A DNA stretch of 64,000 bases. It comes from Camelus dromedarius. Lineage: Eukaryota. Shown piece by piece: positions 12,708-25,239 of the stretch. The DNA is taken from NCBI RefSeq assembly GCF_036321535.1, contig NC_087437.1, positions 88,910,001 through 88,974,000 of the forward strand, given 5' to 3'. Numbering within the stretch: position 1 is the first letter of the stretch; every line of letters starts with the position of its first letter. A program made the translations under genes and the position numbers. The notes under the pieces are model-generated. The model saw only the letters and a program-made list of their open reading frames with translations. It searched no databases and was not told the origin of the DNA.

Positions 12708-13213
12708 TGTTACCAAGTCCAAGCTCCTACTGCACAACAGGCCAATAAATGGAGAGACTAGGTGTTGGGGAAAGAATAATAGTGACTTTATTAGGAAAGC
12801 CAGCAGACTGAGAAGGCAGACTAGGGTCCTAAAGAACCATCTTACCCGAGGTAGAATTCAGGCTTTAATACTAAAAGGGGAGAGGGTGTGGCCAGTTGTT
12901 GCAGACTTTTTGGTGCAGGAATCCTTTGTCTTTGCAGCCATCCAAGCAGGTCTGGTCACCATGTTCCTGTAAACCTCCAACAGAAAAAATGTTATTCTCT
13001 ATTTTGAAACTTTTTATCTCTATATGGATGGAAAAGTGTTATACCTTTAAAGGCCAGAGCCTCAAGAATGGGCTATCATTTATATTTCAGGTTGTAGACA
13101 ACATTCTTTTACAAAAATGCAGAGCCAGCTTGCCTATGTATGGGCAACAGAGCACAAGGGTTAGAGCTAAAGAAATGGATCCAATATGGACAGGTTTGTT
13201 CTTCTCTGTTGCA
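12708..13213 (-). mobile_element. Solo ERV1-type LTR (copy B, same family as 409-940)
   Basis: TGTTACC...TGTTGCA termini; near TSD atta/gtta; shared blocks with copy A (ggtgttgggg, atagtgactttatt, cctgtaaacctccaaca, gttattctctattttg). Confidence 0.82.
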
Positions 13214-14192
13214 GTTAGACTTATCTAATGCTAAAAGCCCAGGGGAAAAAAAAGAGAAAGAATTTGAAAAAAACAGAAAAACAGAAACCAAAATGTTGAG
13301 TTAGTCTTTCAAGTATTCCCAAATATCTAGACCCAGATATTCCTGTAATAGTGACATCAAGTCGGGCCGATATTATTCTCATCTCCAACTGATTATATGG
13401 CATAAATGCTAGACATTTAAGTGTTGAGATACAGTTTTTATCATGCTTTTCAAGAAAGGAGTTAAAGTGGTTATTAATTAATTGCAGGACCAATTTGAGT
13501 CTATGAATGCCAAATGAGAAGTTGGCCAGCAGACCCACCCAATTCAAACAGAACAGACTATGTTGACTCAACTTTCTGACCAAGGTTAAACTTTAGAGAC
13601 ATATTTTAAAGAGTAAATGAGACTGTTCCATGAGACCAGCACAAGGAGAAAGGAAAGCAGTTTCCTTTTTAATTCATTTCAACTAGCAGTATCTTGGGTC
13701 AATTTTTGAGTAATTTTTGTGTGTTTAATGAACAAAAACACAAGGGGAATTTTTGCTTTCCAATTCATGCAGACAGATATCTTCCAGGTCCTTTACCTTA
13801 AAAATAAATGATAAGAAGTTAGGTATTGACAGATCCTATCTAATTAATATAGATTCTAATCACACCTAGTGTTAGAAGAACTTCGTATGGATACAAATAA
13901 AAGAAAATCTTTAAAGCAAGTGTGTCGCACCCAGCTTAATAGTGCACAGAGCTATCTTCAGACTTACCTGAATATAAGGAAATAGGAATCCCTGTCTAAT
14001 CTCAAGTGATTCCAGGAAAAATATAAATCTTGCTGTCAAAACAGACCAGAATTTAGATAATTCAAAAAACTGGTAGAGTGGAGCCAAAACTGCTCTACAA
14101 TTGTACGTGCTCATATTTAAGCTCTCTGTTGAGAATTTAGCTAAGCTGCTCCATGGTGTTGCCTCTGCATCCGTTTTGTGCAGTTAATGGCC

Positions 14193-14629
14193 TGTAGGAG
14201 TCTTAAGCTGATATCAATCTACAGAGTCACAAGTAAATTACATTTCTGATAATACTTCCCCAACACTCCTTGTGATCAACAGTCTTCCCCACCTCTCAGT
14301 GCCTTCTCTTTCTGCTCCCCTTGGAAGATACCCCCAGTGGAGTTTACCAAAATCCCACCCTTTAAATTGAATTGACCAATCCTGCCTTAGCCTGGAAACC
14401 CCAAAGCACTCTACCCAGGAACCCTAATAAAGTCACATGCCCCAAGGCCTGCCTCTTTCTCTCCCTGCACTCTGCCTTCACCTCACCATGTAATTTATTG
14501 AGAATGCCATGTACTTCCCCAGGACCTGTGAGTAATAACCTTCTCTAGTTAATTCTCTTGTGGTCTGTAGTTGAATCATAGCTCACCATTCAGCACCCTG
14601 TGCTCCACTTAACAAATGTTAATTTAACA
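14193..14629 (+). mobile_element. Ancient LTR (ERVL-type, MER74-like)
   Basis: TG...CA termini, CCAAT box, LTR-like C-rich body, end acttaacaaatgttaatttaaca. Confidence 0.55.
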
Positions 14630-15360
14630 AAGTTATAATATCATAGTAAAAGTTAGGCAAATTTAACTATTGTAGATAAAGTGGAAAAATAATTTAAAAA
14701 TATTAACTCATAGCTACCGTTGGATCTCAATTATTGTAAGTCCTTAACGGTTTCCCAAATTAAGGATTTCCATGGCTATAGCAGATATTCCAAGTGATCT
14801 TGTCTGTCCTATTAAAGTAGACCTAATGAATGAAAGTGAATAAAAAAATGTACCACAGTTTGGGAGAAAAGTAGGATGGTTTTTATTACACTGTTGAAAC
14901 TGGTTGAGTGAGTAACTGGCTTGGAACTTAGAGTTTTCTGTAAAAGAAGACCTCAGAAGCAGAGACCATACTGTTTGGAATGACAGCTCAGGCCACCAAA
15001 AGAATGGTTGGCAAATTAATTCTCAAGCAGATACAACACAGCCTTTAAGTCAAATGGGGCATCAAAATTATTGCGGTTTTTTTTCAGTGGAAATTTAAAA
15101 ATGAGGAAGATTATTATGTCCCAGTGAGTGGTCATTGTATCTTTTATGTAATAATTGAAAGATGCTAAAATCAATACTGAGATGAAAATAAGCCATATAT
15201 AAAGCCCTTTTTATAAGAGAAATACCAGTAGTACATTAACTTTTGCTGCATTTCACAGATTCATGTCAATAATGTTTCTCTGACTGGATTTTAATATATG
15301 GGTTCTAGAGTATACAGTTGTGAAAATGCAATATTCTCATGATGCCTATATCATTTTCAG

Positions 15361-15432
15361 CTTGGTTCAAATACTACATACACACACGAACAAAAATGCA
15401 ACAAATCCTGTAGAACTATCCAAGCACTTTAG
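15361..15432 (+). other. Candidate 72-nt internal exon (host transcript unidentified)
   Basis: Acceptor tcattttcag|, donor ag|gtgagt, length divisible by 3, one open frame LVQILHTHTNKNATNPVELSKHF. Confidence 0.3.
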
Positions 15433-15558
15433 GTGAGTTTGCTTATAATCATTGTTTTTGAGTAAGTTTTGTAAGATTAACAATAGCCACAAACTCTTTG
15501 GCTCTACTCCCATGAAGAATTACAGACTATGAATCTGAGTGAGCACTGTGATTGCTTT

Positions 15559-16143
15559 CATCGCAGGAAAATGGGGCATGAGAGCATGGTCATGTCCCAG
15601 GTCTCAGACGAGTCCCTGGGATGTGCCCTGCCAAGTGGGGGTTCTTGGCTTCACACAGGAAAGAATTCAAGAAAAAGCCATGATAAAGTGAGAACAAATT
15701 TATTTAGAGAGCTACACATTCCAGACAGAATGCAGTCCATTTCAGAAGGGAAGGCAGCCCCAGGGCAAGGTAGTCATCTGGGAAAGTGAGAAAGGTCCTA
15801 GGGTTGTGGGGCTGGTTAGCTTTTATGGTCTGGGTAATTTCATATGCTAACAAATGGGAGTATTATTCCAATTATTTGGGAGAAGGGGTAGGGATTTCCA
15901 GGAATTGAGCCACCACCCACTTTTTGGCCTGTTATGGTCAGTCTGGGAACTGTCATGGTGCCTGTGGGTGTGTCAGTCAGCATGCTAATATATTAAAATG
16001 AGTGTATAATAAACCCAAGGTCCACAGGAAGTCAAATCTTTGTCCATCTTGGGCCTAGTTGCTTCTGATCAGTATTTGTCCTATCCACAATGGCTGTGTC
16101 ATTCTTTTAGTGGTTGATCTTTGCCCCCTTCTCTCTTGTCTCA
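15559..16143 (-). mobile_element. Solo ERV1-type LTR (family different from A/B)
   Basis: Exact 4-bp TSD cttt/cttt; ends ..gtctca; reverse polyA signal tttatt ~15700; GC-richer than flanks. Confidence 0.75.
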
Positions 16144-16184
16144 CTTTGATCAATAACATACAGCCACAACGATGCTGTGGGCAG

Positions 16185-16510
16185 GTCTGGATCTTAAGAG
16201 ACTAGGAATCCCTACTTACTGTTTCCTGGAACACTCTCTCGGTTACCTAAGCTACCATGTAAGGATTCTGATGACCCTAAGACTGCCATGCTGACAGGCA
16301 GCCCCTGGCCAAGCTCTACCTTATCGTAATTCCTGCCAAGGCTCCATGTGTGTGAATGAAGACACAGTGGACCTTTCAGAGCATGCTGTCTACTGCTGAA
16401 TACCAGGGTGGCCTTAGTCAAAACCATGCAGAACAGAATAGCCTGGCTGAGCTCTGCCTGAATTCTTGGTCCATAAGATCGTGAGATATAATAAATGAAA
16501 AATTGGTTCT
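16185..16510 (+). mobile_element. MaLR LTR fragment (MLT1F/H-like)
   Basis: Motifs gctaccatgtaagga..accctaagactgccatgctg and gctgagctctgcctgaattcttggtccataagatcgtgag. Confidence 0.6.
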
Positions 16511-16751
16511 AAATATCTCCCACTGCTTCAATTATATCACATTTCTGCATAAGTGAAGTTAATAAAATAAAAGCATTTCTGTGAAATTCAGCCATATATA
16601 GGATCTAATTTGGTTCCTTATAATAAATAAAGCAAAGTTCCTCTATTTATATCTTACAATTTTCTGTCAGCTTTGGCTTCTCCTTGATTTCAGAATAATA
16701 AAAATATGAAAGAATTCTAAAAGAAAAAAAAAAGAATAAAAGATGGAAAGC

Positions 16752-16978
16752 TGCTTAAATGTCACCTCTTCAAAGAGGCTTTCCCTGACCAACCTATTTG
16801 TCCTTCCTTCATTGATCCTTTTATTTTACTTAATTTTTCTTACTACATCTATTGCTACTGACATTACAAACGTCCACCTTCAATTTTGCCTATCACTTCC
16901 CTGAGTGTACTGGATTTTATTTATTGCCTAGAACAGTGACTGGCATACAGTAGCCTCAATAAATATTTGCTGAAGAAT
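16752..16978 (+). mobile_element. L2 3' end
   Basis: cttaaatgtcacctcttcaaagaggctttccctgacc...ctagaacagtgactggcatacagtagcctcaataaatatttg. Confidence 0.75.
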
Positions 16979-19900
16979 TAAAACTTTGTCTTCAGATATT
17001 TTACCTGAAAATTACAAACTTTGGTTTTACAAATAAAACTACATCACCCCAATATTTTAAGAGAAAAATATTCTGATATTGTCTACAGAAAATTTTAGCT
17101 TTCAATAAATGATTAATAATATTCACTTAGAAGTGTTTCTCTATTAGTGATAATTACTACAAATATTTACTGGGTATTTATTTGTGTAGTCAAGAGCCAT
17201 TTAAAAATTAACTTACTTTTAAATGTTACATTAAAACTTACAGTTCTCTCTGGAGTTAGTTATCAATCAACCAGATTTTTTTCTTTGTCGTTCTTGATTT
17301 GTGTTTAATTTACATGACAGTAAATTGTATATGAAATACCAGCCCCCATATTTCATGTGATCCTCTGTATAATTCATGATCCTGAGTGTGTCAAGACATT
17401 TATTTTAGCACATGTGAGTTTACAATGCCACTGAAAGCTTATGTTGATAAAATTAATTGTCCTATTTGACAAAGGGTGGAAAAAAGATCTAGAAGGCCTT
17501 TAAGTAAAAATGAAATTGACTTTAAAATGGCAAAACATAATACGGTGGCTCCCCATTTGGTTTAAATGAAGGCACTATTATCAATCTATTCATAAAGTCT
17601 CAGTGTGGTACCATTTCCCTATTAAAGCTTTATGCAGAGGGAGTGGAGCTATTTTGTATGCTTATCCTTTGTTCTTCTACCACTTTCTCTTTCCCATGTT
17701 TACATTACAAGAGGGAAGTTAAGAAAATAAAAGAAGCCAACTGGGAAAGACCACATAGATGATTTGAAGCTTCAGGAGTGGGAGCAAGAAGCACAAATCC
17801 TCCAGGCATGTTGCTTCCAAGGCACATAATACATTTCGCTTTAAAATTCAGTTAAACTACATGAGAAGCTACATCATTATTTTCCTGAATTAATTTCTGT
17901 TTCCCATGTAACAATGACTGTTCTTCTTATCAACCATTCTTATAATGGGCAGTAAATAACCAACCACCTCAGCAACATATATTATTAAGATTCTTCCTTT
18001 TTCAGGCCAGCTGTCCCTGCAATTATATTTTACAAATACAATTCTACACAGCTCCTCTCAGTTGAACACAATAATGTAATTTTACTGAATGACTCTGCAG
18101 AAGGTCTAATTATTTCTTGAAGCAGGGCTCCTGATGTTATTTTGCATTTAATTCACGACCACATGCTGAAGGTTATTATCTGTGCAGCAACCAATTGAAA
18201 TGTTTTCTAAAAAGTATTTCGCATACTTTTTAACCGGTGACTTTTAAAAACAATTGCACTTTGCTTCTCAAACACACCTGGAGGGCTCAAATATAATAGA
18301 GAATTAAATTATAAAGCTTATGTACATTGAATTAAATCCATATTGATTCAAAAATATGTACTAGTTCTAGTATATTGAAAGTATACCTTTGTGTATCAAA
18401 TCAATTATCCATATATTTTATTTTAATAAAAGAAGTGTAAATCTGATTCAGTGACTAGGAGGGATGTTATTCATTCATGGAACCTTTTCAGAAAATATCA
18501 ATTTAAAATGATCTCATGTTGAAATACCTAGAGCCTGTTTAGATTTCCTTGTGACATTCATCATTATACCTTCTTAAACTGTGGTATGTATTTTTTACAA
18601 AGACACACATACTTATATGCATATCCTTATCTTCCATTTGAAATTATATTGATATGAAAGATATCAGAACAAAGTAATAGTTAAAATACAGCAAGTGCTT
18701 ACCTAGTACTAGTATATCACCCTTTTGATGTGTTGTCTCCCTAAATCTTCACAGGCTCCTGGGTAAAAATCCCATTGAACAGTAAAGAATTCCAAAACTT
18801 GGAAAGATTTAGTAGCTTGCAAAAGGAAAAACAAATCATAAATGGAGAATATAGGATTCTAGTTGAGATTTGCTATCACAGATCTAGCTCACAATGCTAC
18901 ATGTTGACATATATTCAGATGAGGTTGTCAACTACAGAGACATTATGTGTTTGTGTGTGTGCGTGTAATCTTCAAGATGTGTAGATTTCCTTGAAAGGAA
19001 TATAAGGGTAACATTAAGATTTCCTATATGGATGTTGGGTTTTAAAGACAGACAAAAACAACAGTAATGCTATTAACAAAGAACTAGTAGTTTAAGTTCT
19101 AAATACAGGCTGTAATAAAATTTGTCTTTACTATATGACTTTACCTGGGGAAATTAAATGTAGTGCTTTATTTCTCATAGATGGCAATAAAAATTATTCA
19201 CTCTCTGATAGAGTACATAGTTACGTCTGAGGGGAAAAGACTACCCTGCTCAAGATTAAAGATGAAAATAATATTTAGAGCTAGAGTAAAAGAAAACAAT
19301 GAGGTTACAAATAATAATGTTAATAGTAAACTTAAAATATAAACATGCTTTATAGAAAAAAACAGAATGTATTTCATTTTTCAAGTAGTTCTGAAACCCA
19401 TAGCAAGCCATCTCCATAATCTTATTCTCTGGTTATAGAAGTACATTTGTTGAAATGACATTAAAATATACTTATAAACCTCACAAATTCCACTACAGAG
19501 GCTTGTCTGTATGAATAATTAACTATTAGTGAGCCCCGTCTGCAAGAATATATTTATTTATATTACCAAAAAAGCATTTTATTCATACTGAAGTTGCTTA
19601 TGTTGTGACAAGTGTAATTCCAAACCAAGAAGACAGAAAAACATCTATGTTAATGAAGCTCACAGAGAAAATATTCTTCTGTTCCATAGAAATAATGTGA
19701 GACATTTTCTTAGTTTGCAAATGATAAAAGTCAAATAGTTGTAACTTTACTAATAATTACATAGATATGTCATTAAATTTTTTAACTTATCAATAAGAAA
19801 CTTAGGAAACATTATTAATTAGTAGTTGCTATGCTAAAATATTAACTGAACTAAATACTACTCTTCTATGAAAATTACAATAACACTGTAAGAATAAATC

Positions 19901-21269
19901 CTGAGGTATATTCTGTAAAATGAGAGTCAAAGAGTGGATATATGATTTCAGTAAACATGCTCAGACTGCAGTGCTATTAAGGACATGATTAATATAATCC
20001 TTTCTATACTTTATAACCAGATGGATAAAATGATTTGTACAATTGAGGAAGCCATAAAAACATGAAATCTGAGATGCCATCAAAAGAGACATTATACCAT
20101 TAAATGTCAGACACTGCACAGGTAGGAAGATGCATCCTGTATTCACAAAATGATAACTGTCTTTTCAGGTCTTAATGTGTTTAAAAGTATTTAAGTATTG
20201 TTAAGTATTAGGGAGAGATAAATCAAGTTCAGATATAAAAATTTTTAACACCCAGAAGTAATACATAATTAGGATTAGGGTATGGCACAGAGTAAGTAAT
20301 TACAGATGTAAGAAGCTGGTATCATGTCCATTGCACAATAATAATTGTGGTTATAATAATTGTGGCCTGAAATCATAAAATGGTCTTTTAAGTTGTTTGT
20401 ATAGCTTTATAGTGAATGGAGTTTTTCAGGTTACATTTTGACAAATACTAATTGTATAATAACAGATCATTAATTTGAATACAAATACTGCGTTTCTACA
20501 AAAGAGATATTCTCAGCCATGAATCCGGTACAATAATTTTGTTACATATTAAAAACTTTAGCCAATCAAGTAGTTAGTGTAATATATTCAGAATAAAAGA
20601 AAATATTTGAGTAATCACTAGGTTAAATTAAAGGGGAAAACATTGCTCCCAGCAGCTGGAAACTGAGAATACAAATTTATATCAAGAGTTCATAAAAAAT
20701 TCTTCAAAAAGTGATCTTAGAATTATATTACAAAGAAAAAAAACCTCAACGTATTTCTCAAAGAAGAAATTTGAGTCCACATTCTTTAATTAAATCACCA
20801 AAATTAGATGTTAAAAAAAATCTCAACAAATTAAATACAAATACAGAAAAGGAACAAAGAAAATCTCTACTAGAAAGCACTGTATAAAATAGAAAGCAAA
20901 TCATGATGACATTGTTTAGCAGCCAACACCATTGTAAAATGTATAAGATGTGTCCAAAACTCTGTTCAGAGGCAAGAGTATGTTTAGAATATTTTAACAT
21001 TTATAAGTAGAGAATGAAAATAAATATTCACATTAATAGGCCACACGAAGAACAACAAAATCTACCAAAAAGAGATAGGAGAGAGACTCCAACAAAATTG
21101 AGGCACAAATTAATTATCCAAAAAAAAGTAAAATTAGCTTGTAAAAGACTTTTTGGAAAATAACGGAATATGTAAATCTCTTCTAATTTAATCTAAATTT
21201 ATATCCATCATGAAATATTGATTTCTAAGATATATTATAATCTTTCAAATAATCCTCAGCTCTGCTTCT

Positions 21270-21480
21270 AGCCAACAGCTAGTAGCAACAGCCAGTGAAT
21301 AGTGCCATGTTGGAAGTAATTTTTACAGGCAGGCTGTTTTATATGGTGCATGCTGAAATAGAAAAAAAGCTAATTCCATCAATCCATATCTAAATCACAG
21401 AAGTGAGAGCAAATAAACAGCTGCTGTTTTTAAAGTCACTGAATTTGGGGGATTGAATTGTTTTGCAGCAGTAGATTTCC
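21270..21480 (+). mobile_element. MaLR (MLT1) LTR 3' fragment
   Basis: aaataaacagctgctgtttttaaagtcactgaatttgggg..ttttgcagcagtagat. Confidence 0.5.
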
Positions 21481-21673
21481 AGTGAATAATTTATTCCTTT
21501 GGAATCTTTTTTCAGTTTCTTTTGTTCTTTTAGATACCTTTCTTTTTTCAATTGGTTCTCAATTTTGATCCTCTACTTCAATAATTATTAAAACATTATA
21601 CAGAATAAGTAAAAATATTTTATAAATTCCAACAATAGAGACATTTAAACATATTGTTCATGTATTTAATATA

Positions 21674-22097
21674 TGTACAGTCAGGCCACGCAAAATGGCT
21701 GTTCTGTTGTTCTCTGGACATCCTCTTCTTGAGCAGTCGCTGCTTCATTCACATGACTATACAATCCTCTTAATCGTAGGGCTTAGTCAGTAGCTACCTA
21801 CTTGCTTGCCCCCTGCCTCAGCTGCTGGTTTCCTTAGTAACTGACAAGCCAATCCAATGTCACTTCCCCCTATAAATGGTAGCCTCCTTCTTCCCTGACT
21901 AGGAGAGTAGGAAGATTTTTGCCATGTTCAGCCTGCACTCTGCTGTACCCTGGAGGTGCCTCTCCAGGACCTTTTGCCTCAAATGTGTAAGACTCCCCAT
22001 CCAATAAGCCATTAATCCCTCTATCACTGTCTCAGGTGTTGAGGCTGGGCAGTTACGACTCTTGTAGGCCTATGGGGGGGGGGGGGGCAGCCCAACA
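21674..22097 (+). mobile_element. Solo ERVL-class LTR
   Basis: TG...CA termini, near 5-bp TSD atata/attta, tandem CCAAT and TATAAA (~21850-21877), poly-G near 3' end. Confidence 0.7.
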
Positions 22098-22299
22098 ATT
22101 TACAAGCATGAAAATTTTAAGGAATATTTGATAATACAGAAAAGAGGCTTATGACTTAATGAGAAAAATTTGATAAAAACTTTTTTTTTTTTTTTTTTTT
22201 TTGCTTTTTATGCCCACTCCATGGCTTATCCAATAGCCATCTAAATCCAAAATTTCTGCTACTCTTTTTCTGCACCCAATCAACTGAACATGATTGGCG

Positions 22300-23300
22300 A
22301 AAACAACCACCTTGATTGTTCTCACCTGAAATTCATGAACATCAGTCTGATCCCTCTGGGCCTATCCTGTCGCATCCCTACTCCATTCACTCAGTCATCA
22401 AAAGGGGTCATTTAAGACTGTCGCTAATCATGACTAACCATCTGTCTTCACCTGCCCTCACATATCCTGCCCCTCTGCCTATTTCTAGAGCTCACTTCAT
22501 ACGTCTGACTCAACGATGTACCACTTCCTCTTTCTCATAAGCTTTGCAATCCCTCCTCTTTCTTCCTCCACCAATTTTTTGTTCCCTTTCAGATAATTTC
22601 AATTATTATTTAAACCACATATTATTTTTTCTCATTTTAAAAGAAAAAGCAAAACCTTATTTTAACTCCATTTCCCACCTACCTTCTTTTAAAGTACCAC
22701 TCACTTTTTTCTTTATTCTCCTTTCCACAAAACCCCAGGAAAGAGTGGCCTATATACCTCGCTCTAATTCTTCTTCTCACATTTTCCCTTCTTTTTGCTA
22801 TAGCCAAGCTTCCTGCCCTAATACTCCATGGAAACTGTTCTCATCAAGATCAATGTCTTAAATGCAACAGTCACTTCCTGCTTACCTTCATACTTGACCT
22901 ACCAGCACTACTTCACTGAGCTGAAACTCTCTCCTACTAGATTCAACCTCTTTTATTTGCCTTCCAGACACCTCATATCTTTGCTCTTCCCTCTGCCTCA
23001 CTGGGTGCTCCTTCTCTGTCAAATTTCCTTGTTCTTCTCTTTCTCCTTACCCTCCTAATATTGAAGTGCATCGGGGCTCTGTCCTTGACCTCTTCTCTTC
23101 TCCACCCATTATAACATCTTTGCTGCTTTATCTGGCCTTATGGTTTTAAATGCTTCTACTCCCAAATGTTATATATTTAGGCCAGACTTCACTTCTGAAC
23201 TGCACAACTCTATGTCCAATTCCCTGGTCAACTTTTCCACCTGAGTGTTTAGTGCATGTCTCAGATGTCCAGATCTGGATTCCTGGTCTTCAACAACAGA
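22300..23300 (+). mobile_element. L2 LINE fragment
   Basis: Pyrimidine-rich L2 body (ggggctctgtccttgacctcttctcttct; ctcccaaatgttatatatttaggccagacttcacttctgaact). Confidence 0.7.
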
Positions 23301-24587
23301 CTTCTGCATCTCAGAACACAGAGTCTGGCTGGCATATTCTGTTGCTCTGGCACAGAGTAGCTATTTGATACATATTTGTAAATTGTAGAATAAATGCATA
23401 CATGAATCAAATTTTCAGGCACAAATACATATAGACAAATAATACATGAAAATGCATCATTCATTTTCATTTCATTTCATTTGCATGAAAATATATGCAA
23501 AGATACATCAATATCTGAGAAGTAGCGACCAATGATGGTAGAAGAATTACAAATACTATTTGTTCTGTTGGTTTCAATTTTCCATAATTGTTATGTTCAA
23601 CTCTTGTAGATAGAGAAAATATTTAAAGTACAGTCCTTCTAGATTTTAAGACACATAAAAAACAAGATTGGATAAGTAAACTAATGAAAACACTGCTTTA
23701 GGACAATTAAATAATTAGAATTTATGATTATGTTTATAAGATCATCAAGTAAAATTTCTTTTTGCTCTATTAAAAAGGCAAAAAGAGGCATTTCAGTGAA
23801 AAGTAATAATACTAAATAAATTTTAGTAGGCATTTTCTCATATTTATGAGAAATTCCTTTTCTGGAATTTTGTCTTATTCATTGTTCTATCTGAGATCTA
23901 GGAATGTGTCTGGCACCCAGTAATAAATATTTTTCATAACTAAAAATGCTATTTTAATTTCATTAGATACATTTATTTATAAGTGATGCTAACATAAAAC
24001 AAGTAATCTCTTATTTTATATCCCAGAGGCCCTCTCCATATCAATAGTTGATTAATAATAATTCAAATTATCAAACTAAGTTTCTGTTAAATTAGTCTGT
24101 AATTCAGATATGTGACCTATTCAAATCCTTCCACCAAATTGCTTTAGAAAAGTGAAATACTCTTTTTGAAGTTAAAAGTCTAAGCATTTTACCTGTGGGT
24201 CAGACAAGGTAGTCAGCTTTTATTTCCTTCTGAGTTGTATCTACTTTGTGTTTATGCTCATGGAATTACCCAATGGATACTTGGAACAGATGGGGCTAAA
24301 TGACTCTAATATTGTAATCTCGGCTACACTAAAAACAACTGTTAATGTTTTAAAAACCATGTGTCATCTACATTCTTCGTGAAAATGAGTATTGAAAAGT
24401 TCTTGTAAAAACAGATCTGATAACAGGCATGCATATATACCCAAATTAGGATTCAAGTCTACATGACTTTTCTTTCTTTCTTAAGAAAGGCTGTGGGACT
24501 TCATGCTCTTTAATGAATAAGATTATACAATGTGTACTACAGACCCATAAAACTAAATGTTTAATTTTGAATTTTTTTTTTAGATAA

Positions 24588-24795
24588 TAGTGTTATGAAC
24601 TTGGGCTCTGGTCTTGGGCTAGCTGTGTGACCTTAGTTAGGTTATTGAAACCCTCTGTGACTCAGTTTCCTCTTTGTAAAAGGAAAATTAAAATAGCATT
24701 TAACTCATTACTATTATTTTTAGGATTAAATGAAATAATATATATAAAGTTTTTGGAACATTCCCAGAGGCATGTTTCCAACAGCTATGACATAC
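24588..24795 (+). mobile_element. MIR SINE
   Basis: Core ctagctgtgtgaccttagttaggttattgaaaccctctgtgactcagtttcctctttgtaaaagg. Confidence 0.8.
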
Positions 24796-24849
24796 TGCAA
24801 TGGACATATGTCTACACTGAGATAATTTTCTATTTACCTGCATGCATAT

Positions 24850-25239
24850 TGTATTAGTTTGCCAGGGCTGACACAACAAAATATCAGACAACAGAAACTT
24901 ATTTTTTCACAGTTCTGCAGGCTGGAAGTCTGATACTGAGGATTCAGCTGATTTTGGTTCTCCTGAGGCCTTTTCTCCCTGGCTTGCAGGTGGCTGCCAT
25001 CTTGCTATGTCCTCACGTGATCTTTCCTCCCTATGCAAGCATCCCCAGTGTCTCTTCTGAGAATCCAAATTTCTTCTTCTTATAAAGACAGAAGTCAGTT
25101 GGATTAGGGCCTACCCTAAAGGCCTCATTTTAACTTAATCACCCCTTTAAAGGCCCTGCTCCATAAGCAGTTACATTCTAAGGTACTGAGAGTTAGAACT
25201 TCAACATATGAATTTTAGGGGACAAATCAGCTCATAACA
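24850..25239 (-). mobile_element. MaLR solo LTR (MLT1A/B-like)
   Basis: TGTATTAGTTT...CATAACA termini, near 5-bp TSD catat/catac, typical cacagttctgcaggctggaagtc. Confidence 0.85.

Noticed and set aside
409..13213. Intact provirus bounded by two LTRs
   Set aside because: No gag/pol/env ORFs or PBS between them; LTRs are too divergent and each has its own TSD; the interior holds old L1/MIR/L2
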